Assembly: GCA_023263845.1 (NCBI GenBank)
Contig: JALQUH010000049.1
Coordinates: 1 to 50,516 of the forward strand
Length of the DNA stretch: 50,516 nucleotides
Reading direction: 5' to 3'
DNA from: Candidatus Nanopelagicales bacterium
Lineage (GTDB): Bacteria; Actinomycetota; Actinomycetes; S36-B12
Under the pieces are notes generated by a model. It worked only from the letters and a program-made list of their open reading frames with translations, did not search any database and had not been told where the DNA came from. Numbering within the stretch: position 1 is the stretch's first letter; each line of letters starts with the position of its first letter. The translations under genes and the position numbers were made by a program. Below, piece by piece: positions 18,455 to 27,578 of this stretch.

Positions 18455-20547
18455 GCCGTCACGCGCAGCAGGACCGAACTGCGTGCTACGAGGGGGAGTG
18501 CCTCTCCGGCGCGCACGGTTGCGCCCTCGTGATCGGTTCCGGTGTCGAAGACAACCTCGTAGGTCTTGCCGAAGGGTTCGCCGGGGAGCGTGAAGTCGCA
18601 GGGCTCGTCGGCGGCATGCAGGACGAAGAGGAATGAATCATCCGCCTGTGGGAGCGGCTCACCCGGAACGTGGTGCAATTCACCGGAGAGATACATCCCC
18701 AGGGTCTTGCTCCAGCCGGCATTCCACTCTTCCTGGGTCATGGGCTGACCGTCTGGGCCAACCCACCCGAGGTCGGGAGCGCCGCCTTCGTGGGTCGGTC
18801 GTCCGTCGAAGAAGTAGCGCTGTCGGAAGGCTCGATGGGCGCGACGGAGTTCGACGACGCGCGTGGCGAAAGTGAGCAGCTCCTGCTGCCAGTCGGCCAG
18901 ATCCCAGTCGTACCAGGAGATCTCATTGTCCTGGCAATACGCGTTGTTGTTGCCACCCTGCGTCCGACCGAACTCGTCGCCGCCGAGGATCATGGGGACG
19001 CCGGTGGAGAGCAAGAGAGTCGCGAACATGTTGCGTATCTGCCGGTGGCGCACTTCGTTGATCGCTGGGTCGTCGGTCTCGCCCTCGACCCCGTAGTTGT
19101 AGGACCGGTTGTCGTCGGTGCCGTCGCGGTTGTCCTCGAGGTTGGCTTCGTTGTGCTTGTGGTCGTACGTCGTGAGGTCTCGCAAGGGGAAGCCATCGTG
19201 GGCGGTAATGAAGTTGATCGACGCATAGGGACGGCGGCCTTCGCCGCCGTAGAGGTCCGCCGATCCGGATAGACGCCAGCCGAGCTCGCCGATCCCGGCC
19301 GATCCCTTCCAGAAATCGCGCAGATTGTCCCGGTACTTGCCGTTCCACTCGGTCCACATCGCGGGGAACTCGCCCACTTGGTAGCCGCCGGGGCCGACGT
19401 CCCATGGCTCGGCGATGAGTTTGGTACGCCGGAGGATGGGGTCCTGCTGGATCGTGGTGAGAAAGGTGCCGAGCATGTCGACATCGTGGAAGGAGCGCGC
19501 CAGGGCGGCGGCGAGATCGAAGCGGAACCCGTCCACGTGCATTTCGGTGACCCAGTAGCGCAGTGAGTCCATCACCATCTGCAAGACGTGCGGGTTCGAC
19601 ACATTGAGGGTGTTGCCGCAGCCGGTGTAGTCCATGTAGTGCCGACCATCGCTGAGCCGGTAGTAGCCGGGATTGCAGATCCCGCGGAAGGACAGGGTCG
19701 GGCCGTTCTCATTGCCCTCTGCCGTGTGGTTGTAGACGACGTCGAGGATCACCTCGAGCCCGGCCGCGTGGAGGGTGCGCACCATCTCCTTGAATTCGCG
19801 CACCTGTTCGCCGGCCCCACCGGCGGAGGAGTAGCGCGCATGCGGGGCGAAGAAGCCGAGGGTGTTGTAGCCCCAGTAGTTCGTCAGCCCGAGTTCGAGT
19901 AGATGGGTCTCGTCGACGAAGTGGTGGATCGGCATGAGTTCGACCGCGGTTATGCCCAGGGACGTCAAGTGCTCGATGACGGCTGGGTGGGCTAGGCCGG
20001 CGTAGGTGCCGCGTAGGTGGTCGGGGACGTCTGGGTGCTGCATCGTGAGGCCGCGCACGTGGGTTTCGTAGATGACGGTGTCGCCCCACGGAATCCGCGG
20101 ATGTGTGTCGCCGTACCAGTCGAACGAAGGACCGACAGCGATGCTGCGCGGCACGAACGGCGCGGAGTCCTCATCGTTGCGGGTGAGGTCGTCATTGCCC
20201 ACGTGGGCGAAGACCGCAGGTTCGAGTCGGAACTCCCCGTCCATGGCCCGTGCGTAGGGGTCCATGAGGAGTTTGGCCGCATTCCAGCGGGCACCGTTGG
20301 CCGGATCCCAGGGGCCATCCACCCGAAAGCCGTAGGCCTGGCCGGCCGCCAGGCCGGAAACGTGGCCGTGGAACACCCCGAAGGTCTGCTCCGGGAGTCG
20401 GATCCGACGCTCGTGGCCGGCATCGTCGAACAGGCACAGGTCCACCGCAGAGGCGCCGGGCGCCCACAGGGCGATGTTCGCGCCGGTGCCGTCCAGGGTC
20501 AGGCCAAGGGGGTCCCAGGTGCCGGGTCCGTCAATGCGTGGCTCCAT
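18451..20547 (-). CDS. glgX: Glycogen debranching enzyme (isoamylase-type)
   Basis: Start at ATG 20547 (MEPRIDGPGTWDPLGLTLDGTGANIALWAPGAS). GH13_11 motifs are present: DVVYNHT, GFRFDLA, EPWD and FITAHDGF. The track's upstream extension to 20865 is antisense of echA. Confidence 0.95.
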   Translation of the reverse strand: MEPRIDGPGTWDPLGLTLDGTGANIALWAPGASAVDLCLFDDAGHERRIRLPEQTFGVFHGHVSGLAAGQAYGFRVDGPWDPANGARWNAAKLLMDPYARAMDGEFRLEPAVFAHVGNDDLTRNDEDSAPFVPRSIAVGPSFDWYGDTHPRIPWGDTVIYETHVRGLTMQHPDVPDHLRGTYAGLAHPAVIEHLTSLGITAVELMPIHHFVDETHLLELGLTNYWGYNTLGFFAPHARYSSAGGAGEQVREFKEMVRTLHAAGLEVILDVVYNHTAEGNENGPTLSFRGICNPGYYRLSDGRHYMDYTGCGNTLNVSNPHVLQMVMDSLRYWVTEMHVDGFRFDLAAALARSFHDVDMLGTFLTTIQQDPILRRTKLIAEPWDVGPGGYQVGEFPAMWTEWNGKYRDNLRDFWKGSAGIGELGWRLSGSADLYGGEGRRPYASINFITAHDGFPLRDLTTYDHKHNEANLEDNRDGTDDNRSYNYGVEGETDDPAINEVRHRQIRNMFATLLLSTGVPMILGGDEFGRTQGGNNNAYCQDNEISWYDWDLADWQQELLTFATRVVELRRAHRAFRQRYFFDGRPTHEGGAPDLGWVGPDGQPMTQEEWNAGWSKTLGMYLSGELHHVPGEPLPQADDSFLFVLHAADEPCDFTLPGEPFGKTYEVVFDTGTDHEGATVRAGEALPLVARSSVLLRVTA

Positions 20548-20626
20548 GGTCCTTCCCGATTCGTGGTTGGGGGCCACGCTACTAGGCTGGCGGTGACCGC
20601 ACGGGGAGCATGGGCGAGGAGAGTGC

Positions 20627-21406
20627 ATGTCGGAGTTCGTCAGTCTGGAAGTCGTCGACCGCGTCGCGACGATCAGACTCGAGCGGCCCCCGATGAACGT
20701 TCTGTCTTCGGCGGTGCAGATGGAGATTCGACGGGCGGCCGAAGAGGTCGCTCGTCGCGCAGACGTCGGTGCCGTAGTCGTGTACGGCGGCCCGAAGGTG
20801 TTTGCCGCCGGTGCGGACGTCAAGGAGATGCTTGATTGGTCCCTCGCCGATGCGCTGCGACGCACCCAGGGTCTTCAAGATGCCTTCACCGCGGTGGCCG
20901 CCATCCCGCAGCCGACGATTGCAGCGGTTACCGGTTTCGCGCTCGGTGGCGGCTGCGAACTCGCCCTGTGCTGCGACTTCCGCCTCGCCGGCGATAACGC
21001 CAAGCTCGGCCAGCCGGAGATTCTGCTCGGCATCATCCCCGGGGCAGGTGGCACTCAACGACTGCCGCGACTGGTGGGTGTCGCTCGCGCCAAGGAGTTG
21101 ATCTTCAGCGGCCGTTTCGTGGGCGCCGAGGAGGCCTTCGCTATCGGACTCGTGGATCGCGTCGTCGCCCCCGAATCGGTGTACGACGAAGCGGTCGCGT
21201 GGGCGCAGGCCCTCGCTGACGGTCCGGCGATCGCCCTGCGTGCCGCCAAGGCAGCGGTGGATCGTGGGATGGACGCCGACCTGGACACGGGCCTTGAGAT
21301 CGAGCGGGTTCACTTCGCCGCCCTCTTCGGCACCGACGACCAGCGCATCGGGATGGCCACCTTCGTGGAGAAGGGGCCGGGGCAGGCGGAGTTCACCGGA
21401 TCATGA
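20627..21406 (+). CDS. Enoyl-CoA hydratase/isomerase (crotonase) family protein
   Basis: 259 aa with a crotonase fold signature (FAAGADVKEM, GFALGGGCELALCCDFRLA, PEILLGIIPGAGGTQRL). GAGGAG lies upstream of the ATG. The stop overlaps the next ATG. Confidence 0.85.
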   Translation: MSEFVSLEVVDRVATIRLERPPMNVLSSAVQMEIRRAAEEVARRADVGAVVVYGGPKVFAAGADVKEMLDWSLADALRRTQGLQDAFTAVAAIPQPTIAAVTGFALGGGCELALCCDFRLAGDNAKLGQPEILLGIIPGAGGTQRLPRLVGVARAKELIFSGRFVGAEEAFAIGLVDRVVAPESVYDEAVAWAQALADGPAIALRAAKAAVDRGMDADLDTGLEIERVHFAALFGTDDQRIGMATFVEKGPGQAEFTGS

Positions 21407-22335
21407 GTGTGGACGACGAACGGTTGCGCGAGGCGTGGGCCGACCCCAAGGTGGCGAACATCGTCTACCACGATTGGGAAGCTTCGACCTACGATGAAAA
21501 GTGGAACATCAGTTACGACGAACGCTGCGTGTCCTACGCGCGGGACCGCTACACGCACATCGCCGCCGCTGACGGTTGGCCGTTTGGGCGGATGCTCGAA
21601 ATCGGAGCAGGAACCGGATTCTTCACGCTCAATCTGCTGCAGGCAGGAGTGGCTCGCTCCGCGGTGGTGACCGATATCAGTCAGGGCATGGTTGACGTCG
21701 CGGTACGCAATGGACAACACCTAGGGTTGGATGTCGCCGGGCGCACCGCTGATGCCGAGTCGCTGCCCTTCGATGACGCCGAGTTCGATCTCGTCATCGG
21801 CCACGCGGTGCTCCACCACATCCCCGATCTCGACCTGGCCTTTCGCGAGATCGTGCGCGTGCTCAAGCCGGGTGGGCGCTTCGTCTTCTGTGGCGAACCG
21901 ACTCAGCGGGGCGACGTCGTGGCGCGCCGACTGTCGGCGCTGGCCTGGTGGGGGGCCGGTCGGGTCACGCGTCTGCCGTTCCTGCGCGACCGCTATGCGC
22001 GAACCGACGAGGAGTTGGCTGCCTCGTCCGCGGAGGCGCACCTTGAAGCCATCGTCGATCTGCACACATTCGACCCCGATCGGCTCGCAGCCCTGGCCAT
22101 GCGCGCCGGCGCGATCGACGTGAGGACGGTGACTGAAGAACTCACCGCATCCTGGTTCGGCTGGCCCGTGCGCACGATCGAAGCGGCCGTCAAACCCGGA
22201 TCGCTCGGCTGGAACTGGGCGATCTTCGCCTACCGCACCTGGCTGGCGCTTGACGCGGCCGATCGCCGATTCTTCTCGCGGTGGGTCCCCGACGAGTTGT
22301 TCTACAACGTGAGCGTGACAGGGGTTCGACCCTGA
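21403..22335 (+). CDS. Class I SAM-dependent methyltransferase
   Basis: ATGA overlap with the crotonase gene. It has motif I MLEIGAGTGFF, the post-I acidic residue in VVTDIS, and the motif LKPGGRFVF. Confidence 0.8.
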   Translation: MSVDDERLREAWADPKVANIVYHDWEASTYDEKWNISYDERCVSYARDRYTHIAAADGWPFGRMLEIGAGTGFFTLNLLQAGVARSAVVTDISQGMVDVAVRNGQHLGLDVAGRTADAESLPFDDAEFDLVIGHAVLHHIPDLDLAFREIVRVLKPGGRFVFCGEPTQRGDVVARRLSALAWWGAGRVTRLPFLRDRYARTDEELAASSAEAHLEAIVDLHTFDPDRLAALAMRAGAIDVRTVTEELTASWFGWPVRTIEAAVKPGSLGWNWAIFAYRTWLALDAADRRFFSRWVPDELFYNVSVTGVRP

Positions 22336-23096
22336 GCGGTGACGCCCGTGAGGACCGGCACGGTCGACCCGGCGGGCCCCCTCGACAAGCACGCTTCCTC
22401 ACCTGGGATTCGCTGCGGTGGGTGTGGCGCCATCACGCGTGGTCGTGGTGGTACCTGGTGCGGTACTGGCGTTTTCTGTGGTTCCGCCTGCGCCACCGGC
22501 ACATCATCACGGAGGGCTTCGTCTTCCTCGGTCGACGCGTTCAGGTTCATGCACGCAAGGGTTATGGCCGACTCATCCTCGGTCGGTGGGTCCACCTCGG
22601 GGACGAAAACCGTATCCGTTGCCACGAGGGCACCATGCGTATTGGCGACAAGTGTGTCTTCGGGCGCGATAACACCGTCAACGGCTTCCTCGACATCGAA
22701 TTCGGTGAGGGCACGATCGTTGCGGATTGGGTCTACATCTGCGATTTCGATCATGTCACCGACGATGTCCATGTGCCGATCAAGGATCAGGGGATCGTGA
22801 AGTCGCCGGTGCGGATCGGCTCCGACGTCTGGATTGGCACCAAAGCTTCGATTCTGCGCGGAACCCGCATCGGGCACGGAAGCGTGGTGGCTGCCCACGC
22901 CGTGGTCCGCGGCGATGTGCCCCCGTACTCCATCGTCGGGGGAATCCCAGCACGGATATTGAAGGACCGTCGCGAGGTGTACGACGCCGATGCTCAGCGA
23001 CGCATCGATGTCGCCGACATTGCGCGCAAGACCGCGCTGGCTGCGGAAGGAAATGCGCAGGCGGAGCCGGGTGAGGTCAGGCGCGAAGGAGATTGA
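22281..23096 (+). CDS. Hexapeptide-repeat (LbH) O-acetyltransferase with a Trp/Arg-rich hydrophobic N-terminal segment
   Basis: The C-terminal half has left-handed beta-helix repeats (IGSDVWIGTKASILRGTRIGHGSVVAAHAVVRGDVPPYSIVGGIPARI). The start is uncertain. ATG 22281 overlaps the upstream gene by 55 nt, and the first canonical in-frame start after that gene's stop is GTG 22422. Confidence 0.7.
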   Translation: MGPRRVVLQRERDRGSTLSGDAREDRHGRPGGPPRQARFLTWDSLRWVWRHHAWSWWYLVRYWRFLWFRLRHRHIITEGFVFLGRRVQVHARKGYGRLILGRWVHLGDENRIRCHEGTMRIGDKCVFGRDNTVNGFLDIEFGEGTIVADWVYICDFDHVTDDVHVPIKDQGIVKSPVRIGSDVWIGTKASILRGTRIGHGSVVAAHAVVRGDVPPYSIVGGIPARILKDRREVYDADAQRRIDVADIARKTALAAEGNAQAEPGEVRREGD

Positions 23097-24345
23097 CGCC
23101 GCGCGGCGGAATCCACACCGGCGGCGCGGTCAATCGATCGTGACGGGCGCGAGCGTCTGCATAAGTGTTCTCCGTCTGGGCGGCGAGCAACTCCCAGCGA
23201 TACGACGACTCGAGTCGCGCGCGCGCCGTGCGCGCCATGGTCAACGAGTCCGTGGCCTCTCTCACCGCACTCGTTGCGGCGCGGGCGAGATCGGCGACGT
23301 CCCCGGGTTCGAAGATCCGGCCGGTGACCCCGTCTTCGACGAATTCAGCCAGTCCGCCCGTGCGGGCCACCACAAGCGGGGCGCCTAGGGCCGCGCCCTC
23401 GAGGGCGACTAGACCGAAGGGCTCGTAGATGCTCGGGATCACGAGCGCATCGGCAGCGGCAATGAGCGCGTTGAGTTCGCGTTCGGGCATCCACCCGGTG
23501 AACTCGATGATGTTGGCCACGCGGCGTTCGCGTGCCAGGCGGTGTAATTCGTCGGTTGCTCCGCCGCGCCCGGCGATCACCACCCGCAGGCCGGGCAGAC
23601 GCCGTCGAAGCCGTGGGAGGGCGTCAATGAGGGTGTGCACGCCCTTTTCCCACTCCAGGCGCCCTATGAAAACAATGAGAGGGCCGGCCGCGCCGTAGCG
23701 GTCGCGCGCCGTGGCGATCTCGCCGCGTGTGGCACGCCAGCGAGACAGGTCAATGCCGTTGGCGATGACATGGACATGGTCGGGGTTGAGTGATCCTTCG
23801 GCAAAGAGTTTCTCGACCTCGGCGTACATGTGATGCGAGCACACAATGACGCGGTCGGACTCGTGCACGAGCCAGTGTTCGGTGGAGTGGATCGCCTCTG
23901 AGAGGGATCCGGGAAGCCAGCCCTGATGGCGACCGGCTTCGGTGGCGTGGATGGTCGAGACCAACGCGGCGGACCGAAACGCGGTGCGTAGCGTTACCGC
24001 GGCGTGCGACACGATCCAGTCGTGCGCGTGGATGACGTCGGGTTCTCGCTCCAACTCAAGTCCGGCTCGGATCATCGAGGTCTCGAGCCCCATCACCCAA
24101 GCAAGCAGTTGCTCGTCCAAGGGCACCAGCGGCGGATCGTGCGGGACGCGAAGGACGCGAACTCCGGCGACAACGGCGTCCGTCGCCTCACCCGGGGCCA
24201 TCTGGGTGATGACGGTGACATCGTCGCCGCGCGCGGCCTGCGCTTCAGCGAGGGCGTGCACATGGCGACCGAGCCCGCCGTAGACCAGCGGGGGATATTC
24301 CCAGGAAAGGTGGAGCACACGCACACCCTGAGCATAGAGCGACAT
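23077..24345 (-). CDS. GT4-family glycosyltransferase (glycogen-synthase-like alpha-glucosyltransferase, Rv3032-type)
   Basis: The N-terminus is VRVLHLSWEYPPLVYGGLGRHV. The C-terminal EX7E region is PSIYEPFGLVALEGAALGAPLV. The 3' end overlaps the convergent acetyltransferase by 20 nt. Confidence 0.85.
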   Translation of the reverse strand: MSLYAQGVRVLHLSWEYPPLVYGGLGRHVHALAEAQAARGDDVTVITQMAPGEATDAVVAGVRVLRVPHDPPLVPLDEQLLAWVMGLETSMIRAGLELEREPDVIHAHDWIVSHAAVTLRTAFRSAALVSTIHATEAGRHQGWLPGSLSEAIHSTEHWLVHESDRVIVCSHHMYAEVEKLFAEGSLNPDHVHVIANGIDLSRWRATRGEIATARDRYGAAGPLIVFIGRLEWEKGVHTLIDALPRLRRRLPGLRVVIAGRGGATDELHRLARERRVANIIEFTGWMPERELNALIAAADALVIPSIYEPFGLVALEGAALGAPLVVARTGGLAEFVEDGVTGRIFEPGDVADLARAATSAVREATDSLTMARTARARLESSYRWELLAAQTENTYADARARHDRLTAPPVWIPPRGVNLLRA

Positions 24346-24370
24346 GCGGCTCGTCAGGGTTCAGTGAACT

Positions 24371-24438
24371 CGCCGCGTGTCAGGAAACGCCGCGTGTCAG
24401 GAAGCGCCGCGTGTCAGGAAACGCTGCGTGTCAGGAAA
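24371..24438. repeat. Tandem repeat of four 17-bp units (CGCCGCGTGTCAGGAAA, with one substitution each in units 2 and 4) and degenerate copies on both flanks
   Basis: Units were read directly at 24371-24387, 24388-24404, 24405-24421 and 24422-24438. A degenerate unit follows at 24439-24453. The GH57 stop codon (24414-24416) lies inside unit 3. Confidence 0.9.
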
Positions 24439-25925
24439 CGTCGCGAGTCGAGGCCGCCGAAAGGATGGTCGACGTCGAAGGCCGACGCCGCCCGCTGGAG
24501 GGCCAGGGGCCGATCGCCCCGCATGAGAGCGGTGATGAGGCCTTGGGCTCGGTCAGCATGTGCGGTGAATCGGTGGTGTGCGTAGTCGGCGGCTGAGTCG
24601 TGACTGACCATGAACGCCCAGTCCGACGACAGGGCGAGCAGCAGTTCACGCAGCAATTGATCGTGGGCGGCTGACCTGCTGTCGCGTGGATGGGTCGCCG
24701 CCAACGCGGCCAGCGCCTCCTTGGCCAGGCTCTGCTGGCGGTCGGCCATCTGCACCGGATCCGTCCAGATGTGCCAGTCCTTTCGCAGCCCCCACGATCC
24801 TGGTCCTGGCTCGATCCGGCCGGCGACGTTCTGGGTTGCCCGCCGGAGCGTCATGATCTCGATGCCCGCCTCGGGCATGGTGCGCAGGACCTGCTCCAGC
24901 CAGTCCGGGCCCTCGTGCCACCAGTGGCCGAACAGTTCGGTGTCGAAGGCGGCGACCACAAGCGGATCGGCGTCTTTGCCGCCGAGTTCGAGCAGGCGTC
25001 GGCGTACGACGTCCACGAAGTCGGCGGCATCGCGTCGGACCTGTGTCGCGGCGCAATCGGGGTCATACGGAGCCTTGTCGATGGGTGCCACCGTGTGGCC
25101 GGTGACGCGGGATGTTCGAAAGCCCCACTCGTGGTCGAAGGTGTGGAAGTCGCGGTACCACCGATTGCCCGGATAGCCGCGGCGCGGCGACCACACGCGG
25201 TAGGTGACGTCAAGATCCCGGCCAGCGACGGCAACGTCGCTGTCGCCGAGGTGCCAGGCCTGGTGTGTGCTCGCGCCGGCACCCAGCAGGGTGGGGCCAT
25301 CGAGCATGAGGTGGGTAACGCCGGCTCGCGCGTAGATCGACTCCAGTCCGGGTGAGTAGGCGCACTCGGGTGTCCAGATCCCGCTCGGACGACGGCCAAG
25401 GCGCACCGCCATGTCATCCATGCCGGCGCGGAGAGTGTCCTCGGCCAGGCGTTCAGGCAGCAGTGGTGTGAAGGTGTGCGTAAGCGGGCCACCGAGCAGT
25501 TCGATGACGCCATCGTCCACGAGTGGCCGTAGGGCGGCCGAACCACCACTGGACCAGTCGCGGGTAAAGCGTTCGAGTGCGATGGTCGCTTCCCGGAACT
25601 CGCGGTGCCCCGCTCGTCGGCGGTCCGGCGCCGAGCTCGCGGCCATTCCGGCCGCCCGGGTCTGCCAGTGGGCGAGCCACCGATGCTGCTCGGTGATCAC
25701 TCGAGGGTCGTCCCACTGAGCGGTCAGGATGGGAGTGACCCCAAGTGTGATGACGTCGCGCATGCCGTCTTCGCCGAGTCGACGAACTACCTCCAGGACA
25801 CGCAGGTACGACGTCCCCCAGGCCTGGAACAGCCACTCCTCTCCGACCGGCCACGTGCCGTGGTGCGCCAACCAGGGCAGGTGCGTGTGGAGGACGAGCG
25901 CGAACCGCCCGATGCGGCGGCTCAT
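24414..25925 (-). CDS. GH57-family alpha-glucan enzyme (Rv3031-type, putative branching enzyme)
   Basis: Start at ATG 25925 (MSRRIGRFALVLHTHLPWLAHHGTWPVGEEWLFQAW), overlapping the upstream stop as ATGA. It has the GH57-like HTHLP and FDTELFGHWWHEG motifs. The last 7 codons are encoded by the 17-bp repeat. Confidence 0.85.
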   Translation of the reverse strand: MSRRIGRFALVLHTHLPWLAHHGTWPVGEEWLFQAWGTSYLRVLEVVRRLGEDGMRDVITLGVTPILTAQWDDPRVITEQHRWLAHWQTRAAGMAASSAPDRRRAGHREFREATIALERFTRDWSSGGSAALRPLVDDGVIELLGGPLTHTFTPLLPERLAEDTLRAGMDDMAVRLGRRPSGIWTPECAYSPGLESIYARAGVTHLMLDGPTLLGAGASTHQAWHLGDSDVAVAGRDLDVTYRVWSPRRGYPGNRWYRDFHTFDHEWGFRTSRVTGHTVAPIDKAPYDPDCAATQVRRDAADFVDVVRRRLLELGGKDADPLVVAAFDTELFGHWWHEGPDWLEQVLRTMPEAGIEIMTLRRATQNVAGRIEPGPGSWGLRKDWHIWTDPVQMADRQQSLAKEALAALAATHPRDSRSAAHDQLLRELLLALSSDWAFMVSHDSAADYAHHRFTAHADRAQGLITALMRGDRPLALQRAASAFDVDHPFGGLDSRRFLTRSVS

Positions 25926-26746
25926 CGCACGACGCCCACCGCGATGAGATCCTCGGCTGAATTGACGTCGGGCATGTGCACGAAGTCGGCCGCGGTCACG
26001 GAAGACACCATGGCATGCAGTTCCTCGGGCCAGTCGTCGGTCGTCAGAGCAGCGACCTGGGCCGCCACGATCGAACCCCGCTCGGCCTCCCACGCGCGCA
26101 GTCGATTCCCGTGATGGAGGCCGTGGACGGTGATGTCCGAGAAGCCGGCGTGGTCGAGAAGCGCATATACCTGCTGGGCGTCGTACTCCTCGCAGTGGAA
26201 CGGATTCGTTGGCTTCTCTCCTCTGGCCAGACCCGGCGAGAAGGTGACTCTGTTGGGCGTCGACAGCAGCACCCGGCCCCCGGCCGTAAGGATGCGACGC
26301 ACTTCACGAAGGAACGCCAGGGGTTCCCACATGTGCTCCAGGACCTGCAAGGTCACCACAGCATCGACACAGCCCGTTGGCAGGGGGAGGGCGATCAGGT
26401 TGGCCCGAATGGCGGCCACACCTGGATACTGATCATGGATGTGGGCGCACGTCGCAGCGTCGTAATCAATGGCGATGCGCCGTCGCCCGGGCAGCAGGTC
26501 GATGCCGTATCCCTCACCAGCTCCGGCATCGATGACGATGCCTTCTGGCGCCATCCGTTCGGCGCACCACTCGTAGGCGGCCAGATGTCGCGCGAACCAG
26601 TACTCCTCGTGGGGGAGTCCCGGTGCGGTGCGCTCGCCGGTGGCCGGCAGATCCTGGGGCACAGTAGGCAAGGGTGCCGCGTCGGCGTGGAGCGTGGCGA
26701 GCGGGGGGGCGGCCGACGCGACAGTGCAATTACTGGCGAGTAACAT
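25922..26746 (-). CDS. Class I SAM-dependent methyltransferase (Rv3030-type)
   Basis: Start assigned to ATG 26746 (MLLASNCTV...). It has motif I VIDAGAGEGYG and the motifs VVTLQVLEHM and LTAGGRVLLSTPN. The track ORF extension to 27154 is antisense of etfB. Confidence 0.8.
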   Translation of the reverse strand: MLLASNCTVASAAPPLATLHADAAPLPTVPQDLPATGERTAPGLPHEEYWFARHLAAYEWCAERMAPEGIVIDAGAGEGYGIDLLPGRRRIAIDYDAATCAHIHDQYPGVAAIRANLIALPLPTGCVDAVVTLQVLEHMWEPLAFLREVRRILTAGGRVLLSTPNRVTFSPGLARGEKPTNPFHCEEYDAQQVYALLDHAGFSDITVHGLHHGNRLRAWEAERGSIVAAQVAALTTDDWPEELHAMVSSVTAADFVHMPDVNSAEDLIAVGVVR

Positions 26747-26792
26747 AGGCCCGGTGCCCCAGGGAGGGGCAGGCAACGTCAAGGAGTGCCGC

Positions 26793-27572
26793 GTGAAGAT
26801 CGCCGTGTGCGTCAAACAGGTCCCCGACACCTGGGCCGAGAAGAAGTTGAAGTCCGATGACTCGACCCTGGATCGAGAAGCTGCCGAGGGTGTGCTGAAC
26901 GAACTTGATGAGTACGCCGTAGAGGAGGCACTCCGCCTCGTCGAGGCGCACGGTGGCGAGGCCGTCGTTGTGTCGATGGGCCCGGAGCGTGCCGGCGAGA
27001 CTGTTCGCAAGGCCCTGAGCATGGGAGCCGACGCCGGCATCCATGTGCTGGACGACAACTTGCACGGTTCGGATGCGCTCGCGACGTCCGCGGTACTCGC
27101 CAAGGCTCTCGAGGGTCGTGACTTCGATCTGATCATCTTCGGCTCGGAGTCCACCGACGCTCGAATGAGTGTCGTGCCGGCGATGGTGGCCGAACGTCTC
27201 GGGCTCCCGCAGGTGACCTTCTGCCAGAAGGTTGAGGTCGACGGGTCGGTCGTGCGCGCCGAACGAGTTACCGACTACGGGTTCGACAGTGTTGAGGGAC
27301 CTTTGCCGGCGGTCGTGTCCGTCGTCGAGAAGATCAACGAGCCCCGTTATCCGTCGTTCAAGGGCATCATGGCCGCCAAGAAGAAGCCGGTGGAGACCTT
27401 GACGCTTGCCGACCTCGGCGTTGAGCCTGCCGCCGTGGGTCTGGCTGGCGCGTGGAGCGCGGTGGCTGACTTCGCTGAGCGGCCCCCGAAGGCCGCCGGC
27501 ACCGTCGTTCCTGATGATGGTCAGGGCGGCGCGCGAATCGCGGATTACCTCGTCGAGCAGAAGTTCATCTAG
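26793..27572 (+). CDS. etfB: Electron transfer flavoprotein beta subunit
   Basis: GTG 26793 (VKIAVCVKQVPDTWAEKKL) is preceded by AAGGAG at 26781-26786. The sequence is typical EtfB throughout. Confidence 0.9.
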   Translation: MKIAVCVKQVPDTWAEKKLKSDDSTLDREAAEGVLNELDEYAVEEALRLVEAHGGEAVVVSMGPERAGETVRKALSMGADAGIHVLDDNLHGSDALATSAVLAKALEGRDFDLIIFGSESTDARMSVVPAMVAERLGLPQVTFCQKVEVDGSVVRAERVTDYGFDSVEGPLPAVVSVVEKINEPRYPSFKGIMAAKKKPVETLTLADLGVEPAAVGLAGAWSAVADFAERPPKAAGTVVPDDGQGGARIADYLVEQKFI

Positions 27573-27578
27573 GAGGCA

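Noticed and set aside
20548-20865. An upstream extension of glgX (ORF start at 20865).
   Set aside because: It overlaps the crotonase gene in antisense. The conserved GlgX N-terminus begins at ATG 20547.
24371-24438. A possible CRISPR array, because of the regularly repeated 17-mers.
   Set aside because: The units are directly contiguous with no spacers and far shorter than CRISPR repeats. There are no cas genes in the window. This is a simple tandem repeat.
26747-27154. An upstream extension of the Rv3030-type methyltransferase ORF into etfB.
   Set aside because: The extension is S/T/A/P-rich and antisense to etfB, which has a strong RBS and canonical sequence. The methyltransferase fold is complete from ATG 26746.
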